Source: a virus (Duplodnaviria; Heunggongvirae; Uroviricota; Caudoviricetes). From it: 17,570 nt of DNA. A program made the position numbers and the translations under genes. The stretch lies in IMG/VR virus record IMGVR_UViG_3300023214_000389. One strand, given 5' to 3'. The notes below the pieces were generated by a model that saw nothing but the letters and a program-made list of their open reading frames with translations, did no database searches and was not told the DNA's origin. Shown one piece after another: positions 8,238-15,611 of the stretch (its first letter is position 1; each line of letters begins with the position of its first letter).

Positions 8238-9212
8238 ATGAAAATCGCTTGGCTTACGAAATTTAAAGGGATAGAGTCCACTAATGTTGGCATGATAGCT
8301 GCTTTGGAAGAACTAGGTCACCAAGTAATGGTTACCAATTCTCAGAAGTATGCTACCAGGGGACACCATGAAGAGGCTTTAAGGTCGTTCTTAGAGGATT
8401 GCCAAAAAGCAGATGCATGCGTAGTTACCAAGGGGAATTGGATTCCTAAAAATAGATTTCAATGGTTAGCTAATCAAGTTGATTTAACTATGTTTATCCC
8501 GGACTCTATAAGTGTTGGGCCCCCTGGTAGAGATATCGAACACGGACATAGGGCTCTAATGTGTAATAGAGTTATACTTACTGGAACTGAAGGGGCTAGG
8601 TGGTTAAGAGAAAACGGATATAGAAATAGGATAGCTCAGATTTATCAAGGATATCGCCCCGATGTATGGAGAAGAAAAGAAAAGTACACTACTAACACTC
8701 AGATCGTGTTTTTAGGAAGTGTGTACAAAGGGGATGGAAATAGAAGAGCAAAAATGAATGCCATAACTAGAGCTGGCTTTACAATGCATTACCATCGTAG
8801 AACTTTTATGGAGAAGGCAGCTAAACTGTACTACAATACTCCTATATCAATTAATTTTAATTGTGGGGATATAACGTCAAATAGAGTTATGAGAATTATG
8901 GCATCTAGGGGATTCTGTTTATCACAATCCAATGCAGATATCAAACACTCTTTCAGCAATGGAACTGAACTGGCGTGGTGGGATGAACCAGAAGGGGACA
9001 GCATAAGCGAAAAAGCTATGCTAGATTCCATAAGGTATTGGCTAGATCATGAAAACGCTAGAAACCTAGTAGCAGAAACAGGATACGAGTGGGCTAAAAA
9101 TAAGACTTGGGTGGACCAAATGGAAAAGCATATAAGATTCATCCAGGGAGAAATAGTACCTGCGGACGGGGCAGCTAGTCCTTATGTCGAAGACCAGAAT
9201 ACTCCTAACTAG
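8238..9212 (+). CDS. CgeB-like GT-B glycosyltransferase, paralogue 2
   Basis: Shares FIPD, TGTE, RIAQIYQGYRP, FLGSxYKxDGxR, TSNRxxRxMASxGF and FIQGE with 6728-7648. Confidence 0.8.
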   Translation: MKIAWLTKFKGIESTNVGMIAALEELGHQVMVTNSQKYATRGHHEEALRSFLEDCQKADACVVTKGNWIPKNRFQWLANQVDLTMFIPDSISVGPPGRDIEHGHRALMCNRVILTGTEGARWLRENGYRNRIAQIYQGYRPDVWRRKEKYTTNTQIVFLGSVYKGDGNRRAKMNAITRAGFTMHYHRRTFMEKAAKLYYNTPISINFNCGDITSNRVMRIMASRGFCLSQSNADIKHSFSNGTELAWWDEPEGDSISEKAMLDSIRYWLDHENARNLVAETGYEWAKNKTWVDQMEKHIRFIQGEIVPADGAASPYVEDQNTPN

Positions 9213-9984
9213 GCTAGGCGGAGCTGGCGATATGATAATGACGGAACCTGTACTACAGGCTCTTTATGATAAATATTATCCATGTCACATAACTTATAGA
9301 ACCCACAGACATTATTATGATTTACTTTTGTTTCATCCTTTGATAGATGAAATTTTATGTACTAGAACAGGATGCTGGACCCCCACACCTGAGGGGTATG
9401 ATATCCATGTAAATTTACATGAAGTTATAGAGAAAGCACCTTTTGGGGTTCATGGAATTGACGCTTTTGCGTTAGCAGCCGGAGTAAAGCTACCCAGAAG
9501 GATACCCAGATTGGCATTAGACGGCGTGAGTCGCCGCGTGAGGACAGAAGACGATAGGTACCCCGTGGTAACCCACCCTCCTGTAAAAATACCCCCAAAA
9601 AGCGATATATCTTTTCACATTCCTCACGAAACGAGAAATCTATCTTGGAAAGATGGAATGGGTGTTTTGAAAAAGTTTATGGATTACTTTAATTCTCGGG
9701 GGGAAAAACCTTCCATTAGACTGGTGGGACAAGACCCTATGGAGCCCGGAAAAAGTCATATGTTAAAAATGGCTTGGGAGATAAAACAATCAAAAATGTT
9801 TGTTGGGCCCGACAGTGGGGGGTTTCATATATCTGTTGCCTTAGACGTTCCCACCATAGTTTCTTTGACTTCGAAGTTTCCAGCTTCCATGAGAGGTTAC
9901 TCTAAAGCAGTAGCTGTAGAAGATGATTTGAACCAAGTGTTCCCCACGGCATTGGCGCTATATAGAAAGATTAAAAATGGGTAG
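9184..9984 (+). CDS. GT9-family glycosyltransferase-like protein
   Basis: N-terminal LLTRLGGAGDMIMTEPVLQAL and C-terminal FVGPDSGGFHISVALDVPTI. Confidence 0.8.
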   Translation: MSKTRILLTRLGGAGDMIMTEPVLQALYDKYYPCHITYRTHRHYYDLLLFHPLIDEILCTRTGCWTPTPEGYDIHVNLHEVIEKAPFGVHGIDAFALAAGVKLPRRIPRLALDGVSRRVRTEDDRYPVVTHPPVKIPPKSDISFHIPHETRNLSWKDGMGVLKKFMDYFNSRGEKPSIRLVGQDPMEPGKSHMLKMAWEIKQSKMFVGPDSGGFHISVALDVPTIVSLTSKFPASMRGYSKAVAVEDDLNQVFPTALALYRKIKNG

Positions 9985-10918
9985 AGTTATACGACCTTCT
10001 CCAGGGAATCCAGTGCAACCTCCTTCATCTAATAAGGCTACTATCCCTACGTCCGGAATACCTCCATTTGATGCTGAAGAATATTTCAAAAATTATGATC
10101 ACGAGGCTGTTTGGGATCTATCTTCTCGTACTATGATTACTCCGGCTTGTTACAACAGAAAAGAGACAGTTAAGCATTGTGTTGGCGCGACAAACAGATA
10201 CAAATTGGGGGCAAAAGTATACATCCATGATGACGGTTCAGACGAATATGATGTAGAATGGTTAAGCCAATTCGGAGATAGGGTTTTTAGGCATCCCCGC
10301 AGTGAAGGTGGAAGGAAAGGTGTAAAGAACATTCGATCTAATATCACCAAAAGTGTTTTAGGGGAATTTGAACCGGATATATTTCTAGAATGGATAAAGC
10401 AGGATTATGGGACAGACGGCCCCGAATACCTGTACCACGTAGATAGTGATGGGTACCACGATCCGCACTTCTTCTACAGGATTCACGAAATAATGAATCT
10501 ATATCCAAACTGGGGAGTAATTTGTCTGTACAATGCTAAATTCCACTCCCCTAGAAGGAACAAATCAGAAAATAATGTCATAAATTACCATACAGTGGTA
10601 AGAGGGATGTCCGCTGGCATATCTATGTTTTTTCGAGTAGAAAGTTTTAGAAAAAATCCAAAGTATGTTCAGGTCCCTGATGGAAGAGGGTGGGATGGGT
10701 TTTACTCTCAGACCATAGGAAATCGTAGAGTTGTTACATCTTTGGTCAGCTATGTTGAACATTTTGGTAAGTGGGGATTCCATAACAAAGGTAGTTTTGA
10801 TAGAGACAGAGCTTTAAATCCTACTTCTTACTTGGCTAGCATTCGGGGTGATGTTATTCGCGATATTGAAGAACAATTTAATTTAACTCAAAATGAGTCC
10901 AAGGTTTTGGAAAAATAG
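9977..10918 (+). CDS. GT2-family (GT-A) glycosyltransferase with a Pro-rich N-terminal extension
   Basis: ITPACYNR, IHDDGS and YHVDSD (DxD) motifs. Confidence 0.8.
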   Translation: MGRVIRPSPGNPVQPPSSNKATIPTSGIPPFDAEEYFKNYDHEAVWDLSSRTMITPACYNRKETVKHCVGATNRYKLGAKVYIHDDGSDEYDVEWLSQFGDRVFRHPRSEGGRKGVKNIRSNITKSVLGEFEPDIFLEWIKQDYGTDGPEYLYHVDSDGYHDPHFFYRIHEIMNLYPNWGVICLYNAKFHSPRRNKSENNVINYHTVVRGMSAGISMFFRVESFRKNPKYVQVPDGRGWDGFYSQTIGNRRVVTSLVSYVEHFGKWGFHNKGSFDRDRALNPTSYLASIRGDVIRDIEEQFNLTQNESKVLEK

Positions 10919-10926
10919 GAAAACAG

Positions 10927-11218
10927 ATGTCTATAGAGATAAAATATGTAGTGCAATATCGTAGGGAAGGTGATAAAAAGTGGATAGATTCCCACATCGA
11001 GGCTTTCCCCTTGAGACCAAGTAAAGCTTTGATAAATGATAAATGATGAATTCATGGAAACCGCTAGAGATCTAGTACACTACTCTTGGAAGGATGATAT
11101 TCCACATCTTAGGGGGGATTTTGAGGTAAGGGTGGTGAGAAGGGAGCTAATAAAGAAGGAGATCCCCCTCAAAGGGATTAAACGGTTCAAGAACAAAGAT
11201 ATAATTGCAGGCATATAA
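10927..11218 (+). pseudogene. Small hypothetical gene (94 aa if repaired) split into two frames by a 7-bp duplication
   Basis: ORF 10927-11046 (MSIEIKYVVQYRREGDKKWIDSHIEAFPLRPSKALINDK*, AGGA RBS) and ORF 11036-11218 overlap at TGATAAA-TGATAAA-TGAT. Deleting one unit joins them as ...ALINDEFMETARD... Confidence 0.65.
11030..11047 (+). repeat. 7-bp tandem duplication TGATAAA x2 (plus TGAT)
   Basis: Read directly from the sequence: TGATAAATGATAAATGAT. Confidence 0.85.
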
Positions 11219-11319
11219 TTGAAAGAACTACATCAAGAGGACAAACGGGAGCATACCAAAGGCCCTGGAAGCCCTGTGGAGCGAGGCTTGGAAAATATAT
11301 CCCGTCTCGGACTTTAGAA

Positions 11320-11432
11320 TGGCGGCGAGGGTTGGATTCGAACCCACGAGGATGAAGGTGCTGGTTTGACCGCCCTCCCCTTCTCCTACCGGCTTCTAAG
11401 GCCGGCGCAATAAGCCTCTCTGATACTCTAAA
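11320..11432 (-). tRNA. Aberrant tRNA or tRNA pseudogene: anticodon UAG (Leu), Ser-type body, 41-nt variable region, 5' acceptor strand not complementary
   Basis: On the minus strand: D-loop-like GAGAGGCTTA, anticodon arm CCGGC-CTTAGAA-GCCGG, long variable hairpin, T arm GTGGG-TTCGAAT-CCAAC (one mismatch), and 3' end CCTCGCC-G-CCA. The expected positions 1-7 (TTTAGAG) do not pair with the 3' strand. Confidence 0.75.
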
Positions 11433-11458
11433 AGAAATTAGAGGAAGAGTATTCGCAT

Positions 11459-11944
11459 ATGATTGAAAAAATTATCTCAGGAGGGCAAACAGGGGCAGAT
11501 CAAGGGGGCTTGGAAGCCGCTGTAGTATTGGGGATTGAAACAGGAGGAAAGGTTCCCAGAGGGTTTAAAACTGAAAAAGGGCCTCAACCAGAGTTGAGTA
11601 ATTTATATGGTCTAGAGGAATTATCTTCAGATGAGTACCCTCCTAGAACACGGTACAATATTTTAGATTCTGACGGAACGGTTATATTCGGGCTTGTTAG
11701 TTCAGTAGGCTCTCGTATGACTCGGGAAATGTGCAAACAAAATGGAAAACCTTGGTTAGTAATAGAATCGTTTGACGAGACTTATTTTCGTCTTTTTGGA
11801 GAATGGGTCTTGATAAACCAAATCAAAGTGCTAAATGTAGCCGGTAATCGGGAATCTAAGTCTCCCGGTATTCAAAACAAGGTACGAAACTTTTTAATAG
11901 AAGTAATAGGAGATGATGAAAGTGAAGTCGTTAAAAGATATTGA
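11459..11944 (+). CDS. Putative molybdenum-carrier-like / SLOG superfamily protein
   Basis: IISGGQTGAD, RTxxNxxDSDGT, GSxxT and LNVAGNRES signature motifs. Confidence 0.85.
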   Translation: MIEKIISGGQTGADQGGLEAAVVLGIETGGKVPRGFKTEKGPQPELSNLYGLEELSSDEYPPRTRYNILDSDGTVIFGLVSSVGSRMTREMCKQNGKPWLVIESFDETYFRLFGEWVLINQIKVLNVAGNRESKSPGIQNKVRNFLIEVIGDDESEVVKRY

Positions 11945-12194
11945 GAATGATGTTCATGAGTTTCTTATTAATTTAGCCAATGTCAGGAGAGTCGATGTGA
12001 AATCGTCTGTAGATTCTGACAACAAAAATAAAGTAGTAGCTACTACGTTTATACTTTCGGACACTAAAGAGAATAGACACAGGGTTTATTTGACTGAACA
12101 GATACTTATGGAACGACATAAGAATGTCCTTTTTGACTTTTCCATCTCCACACTAAAGGAAGGGCATGAGCAGAGGTCCGTGGAATCGCCGTAA
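11913..12194 (+). CDS. Hypothetical protein
   Basis: 93-aa ORF overlapping both neighbours, with AGGAG upstream. The start could be the GTG at 11922. Confidence 0.65.
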   Translation: MMKVKSLKDIENDVHEFLINLANVRRVDVKSSVDSDNKNKVVATTFILSDTKENRHRVYLTEQILMERHKNVLFDFSISTLKEGHEQRSVESP

Positions 12195-12798
12195 ACCGAG
12201 AGAATACTATACAGCCTCAAAATGGAATAGGGTACAATGGGCTTGCGGTATTCCCCAGAGATTTTGGGGAATTAAGCAGGATTCTGTTGTTCCTTCCTCA
12301 TTTCAATATGAAAATAAAGATGGATCCATTCAAAGGATAGCCTCCTCTACACAACAGGAATATCTAAATGCTCGAATAGAGCACCCTGAGCTATTAACTG
12401 AAAATAGGCTTATATGTATAACTTCGTACCCATCTGACGAGCATGGACTAGCTGCGGCATGTTTACTAGCGAGTAAACTAGTTGAAAAGCAATGGGCAGC
12501 TAACAAAGCTCCAAAAGTCAGGATAGACGATATTCAGGATTACGAACAAGCTAGAAAGTTACAGGTTCCGTTCTTTTCAGTAGAACCTGACATGTTATTG
12601 ATTCATAATTTGAATGATAACACATCCAGAGAACGCCTCTCATTAGTGAGGGATATTCTTCTGTCCTTCGAGGGGACTTACCGTGGGGTAGTTGCTGCGG
12701 CAGATAACCCACTCAAATTCGCCAGAGAAACATTGCGAATTGAGCCACATGAGTCCTACCATTTCGAAGGACGACCCAGGAAAATTATTGTTAAATGA
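12166..12798 (+). CDS. DnaC/IstB-like helicase-loader homologue with degenerate Walker motifs
   Basis: GIPQRF N-terminal signature. ICITSYPSDEHGLAAA sits at the Walker A position and PDMLLIHNL at the Walker B position. It overlaps the dnaB-like start. Confidence 0.5.
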   Translation: MSRGPWNRRKPREYYTASKWNRVQWACGIPQRFWGIKQDSVVPSSFQYENKDGSIQRIASSTQQEYLNARIEHPELLTENRLICITSYPSDEHGLAAACLLASKLVEKQWAANKAPKVRIDDIQDYEQARKLQVPFFSVEPDMLLIHNLNDNTSRERLSLVRDILLSFEGTYRGVVAAADNPLKFARETLRIEPHESYHFEGRPRKIIVK

Positions 12799-14168
12799 AA
12801 CTTAGGGACCTAGCAAACGAAATAACCTCTGTTATGACGTTGCTTAGCAAGCACCAAGAGCCTGCCGCGCTTTTGGCTACGTCACTTACAGATGATCATT
12901 TTGCAGATCCTAGAACTAGGGAGGTATATTCTCTTGTTTTAGCTCTCGCTAGACGCCGTAAGAAGATGCCTAGCTACAAGTTAGTTAGGCAGGATCCTAG
13001 GCTTAGCGACGAAGCAAAGGAGTTATTAGATGATAGATCATATCCTCCTTGTCGATCGTTGGGAGATGCTGAGCAAGTAATTGAGGTTCTTGAAAAGCTC
13101 CGTCAAGGGCGTGTCATTCTTGACATGTTTGATAAGACGATGGAGAAGATGCAAGCTGATACAGCAGACCCCGAAGAAGCTTTTTCTATAATAGAAACAG
13201 GAATGCTGGCAGCACGTTCGTTTGATACGGATGAATGCTTAAAAATCGCTAAAAATGGAAATCTCGATGAAGCTGTCGAGGCGATGCTTAGCAGAGAGAA
13301 GCCTAATACAATCCCTACAGGGTTTAGAGATTTTGATTCAGAAGCTGGTGGTCTTCCCCGAGGAGGTTTAACTACTATTGCAGCAAGCTCTGGGGGAGGT
13401 AAATCATGCATGGCACTGCAAATAGCTGTTAACAATTTTTGGGAAAAGAACAGTGTTGCTATAGTTACCTTGGAAATGGGTAAGGATCAAATGACTGGTC
13501 GGTTAATGTCCAACCAATCAGGAGTCTCGTATAAAGACATAAATTTATCCAATTTGAATGATATGCAAAAGCAGCGAATTAGAAAAGCTAAAGATAGAAT
13601 GCTTAAGCATACTGATAAGACTGGTGCAAGACTGGATATATTTTCTATGACTGACACTACCTTGAGTGAGATTGCTTTGCAAATTAGGGCATTCAATTAT
13701 GACTTAATAATAATTGATTACATAAATCTCCTTAACAAAGATGACTCAAGTCAAAAAAGTGAAGCTTCTATATTAGGCGAAATGGCAAGAATAGCCAAAG
13801 TTCAAGCTTCTGCCAGCAATGCTGCATGGGTAATTCTTGCCCAGCTTAATGAGCAAGGAATAGTTAAATACTCTAGAGCTATTAAAGAACATTCAGATTA
13901 CATGTTAACGTGGACTTATGGGGACTCCGAACGAGAGAGTCACCTAATAGAAATAGATCAACAAAAAAGTAGAAATAGTGAGGCTTTTAAGTTCAACCTA
14001 CGGGAAAATTTTCGAGTTCAAAGATTTGAAGATGCTGGGGGTGGAGATAATAACGTAGATGCTTCCATACAAAAAAGTAAAAAGAAAAGAAAATATGAAA
14101 AACACCCTACAGCATCACCTATGCCTGGAATGAACTTAGAAGAAGAAGGAGATAGCGATGAGCTTTGA
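12795..14168 (+). CDS. dnaB: DnaB-like replicative helicase (SF4)
   Basis: IPTGFRDFD, TIAASSGGGKS (Walker A), VTLEM, IIIDYINLL (Walker B), LAQLN and KSRN. Confidence 0.92.
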   Translation: MKLRDLANEITSVMTLLSKHQEPAALLATSLTDDHFADPRTREVYSLVLALARRRKKMPSYKLVRQDPRLSDEAKELLDDRSYPPCRSLGDAEQVIEVLEKLRQGRVILDMFDKTMEKMQADTADPEEAFSIIETGMLAARSFDTDECLKIAKNGNLDEAVEAMLSREKPNTIPTGFRDFDSEAGGLPRGGLTTIAASSGGGKSCMALQIAVNNFWEKNSVAIVTLEMGKDQMTGRLMSNQSGVSYKDINLSNLNDMQKQRIRKAKDRMLKHTDKTGARLDIFSMTDTTLSEIALQIRAFNYDLIIIDYINLLNKDDSSQKSEASILGEMARIAKVQASASNAAWVILAQLNEQGIVKYSRAIKEHSDYMLTWTYGDSERESHLIEIDQQKSRNSEAFKFNLRENFRVQRFEDAGGGDNNVDASIQKSKKKRKYEKHPTASPMPGMNLEEEGDSDEL

Positions 14169-14307
14169 GGATCTACAAAACAAAAAGGCAGATGAGTTAA
14201 CAGACAAAATTATACAAATCATAGGGGAAATGTGGCTAGAAAAACAAGTAGGCATAGTTGACCCATTTAAAGTATATTCGGACAAACCTAGGGAAAGATT
14301 AAATTAG
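14158..14307 (+). CDS. Small hypothetical protein, 49 aa (not in the ORF track)
   Basis: MSFEDLQNKKADELTDKIIQIIGEMWLEKQVGIVDPFKVYSDKPRERLN*. It has an AGGAG RBS, overlaps the dnaB stop and fills the gap before 14341. Confidence 0.65.
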   Translation: MSFEDLQNKKADELTDKIIQIIGEMWLEKQVGIVDPFKVYSDKPRERLN

Positions 14308-14340
14308 TTATCTTAAATTGGTTAACTGAGGAGTAACTAA

Positions 14341-14655
14341 ATGGCAGACATAAATAGAGCTGAAGATTATTTTCGTAGATCTAGAGATAGAGGGGGAGAT
14401 ACAAAATTATTAGCTAGGGGTCTGTTGCACTTACTGAAACATCTTGAGATGGATGGAGGAAGAGATTTCAATAGGGCTCAAGATCTTCTTGACAGGGCTT
14501 GGAAAAAATCCGGAAGCGAGAGAATTATAGCAGATGCTATGTTTCTTGTTTCCAGAGAATTAAAAAAGGATTCTAAACAGAACAAGAAAAAGATTACTTC
14601 CAAAGTAAATCGTAATGAATATGGGTTAATAGTTGGAGAGGAGCTGGAAGACTAA
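14341..14655 (+). CDS. Hypothetical helical protein with two 39-aa repeats
   Basis: GAGGAG RBS. DINRAED and DFNRAQD recur at a 39-residue offset with further matched positions. Confidence 0.75.
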   Translation: MADINRAEDYFRRSRDRGGDTKLLARGLLHLLKHLEMDGGRDFNRAQDLLDRAWKKSGSERIIADAMFLVSRELKKDSKQNKKKITSKVNRNEYGLIVGEELED

Positions 14656-15611
14656 TGAAAATTAAGGCAGCATTTGGGACACCTAAGAGGTTCAATGAGA
14701 TTGGTAAATCGCAAACTGTTCTTGTGTATGATTCGTTGAATTTGTTCTTTTCTTGTGTTTTAAGTAAAGCCTATGGGTCATTTGCAACTAGTTCTGGAAA
14801 GCCATCTGCTCATATTTATGGAACCTTCAGTAGAATTCGTGGTCATATAAAAAAGCTTACCAAGCCGGGTCAAAGAGTTGCTCTGGTATTCGCTTGGGAC
14901 AATGAACCCAAGAGAGCTATGGAAATACTTCCATCCTACAAAATGAATAGGGATGAGACTCAACAACTAGAGGAAGATGACCTAAATTGGAGACTTAGTG
15001 AGTACAGAAAATTTCTATCAACATTCCCCTGTACATTTGTTGATTCCCACTATGAAGAAGCTGACGATGTAATAGCCACGTTAGTAAGTCAATACCAAAA
15101 GAAAAGGTGCTATATCCTTTCTTCCGATAAGGACTTATGGCAACTTTTAACTAAGCCAAACGTAAGAATCATAAGCTTACGTAAATCAGAACCGGTAACA
15201 GAAGCAGATCTGCTTAAAAAATATGATATTAGGTCAAGAAAAGAAGCTTATAAGGTAGATTTGTACAAAGCTGTAATGGGGGATTCTAGTGATAACATAC
15301 CCAAAGTACCTAGGATTCCAACAAAAGATTTTCATGAAGCTATGCAAGGTCTTAAGTACACCAGAGAAGACGACTGTATAGAACTGCTCCTGAAAAGAAC
15401 TTCTAAATTAGAAAAGCCTCGGTGCCACAAGCTTATTTCTGAAAACTTAGATGTTGTGAAAAGAAATTTACTATTAACTAGACTAAAGGAAGATTTGGAT
15501 CTTAGATTGGAATACCACCCCGGCAATAAAGCCAATCTAGAAGAGTTTTTAGCTACTTACGAATGCAATAGCATCTTGCACGGAAATGGATATGATTTCC
15601 TCTTCAGTTAA
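14655..15611 (+). CDS. Stand-alone 5'-3' exonuclease / flap endonuclease (PolA N-terminal domain, T4 RNase H/T5 D15-like)
   Basis: VYDSLN, FAWD, EEADDVIAT, SSDKDLWQL and the GDSSDNIP helix-turn-helix region. Confidence 0.92.
   Translation: MKIKAAFGTPKRFNEIGKSQTVLVYDSLNLFFSCVLSKAYGSFATSSGKPSAHIYGTFSRIRGHIKKLTKPGQRVALVFAWDNEPKRAMEILPSYKMNRDETQQLEEDDLNWRLSEYRKFLSTFPCTFVDSHYEEADDVIATLVSQYQKKRCYILSSDKDLWQLLTKPNVRIISLRKSEPVTEADLLKKYDIRSRKEAYKVDLYKAVMGDSSDNIPKVPRIPTKDFHEAMQGLKYTREDDCIELLLKRTSKLEKPRCHKLISENLDVVKRNLLLTRLKEDLDLRLEYHPGNKANLEEFLATYECNSILHGNGYDFLFS

Noticed and set aside
1279-10974. Shared 13-mer TAGGGAAGGTGAT at 1279 and 10962
   Set aside because: One such match is expected by chance in 17.5 kb. 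The first copy is an RBS and the second lies in coding sequence.
11320-11432. Amber suppressor tRNA or tmRNA
   Set aside because: The anticodon is UAG rather than CUA. There is no G3:U70 acceptor or tag reading frame.
14080-14105. KSKKKRK in the DnaB tail as a nuclear localisation signal implying a eukaryotic virus
   Set aside because: Shine-Dalgarno sites and overlapping, operon-like genes indicate a prokaryotic host.
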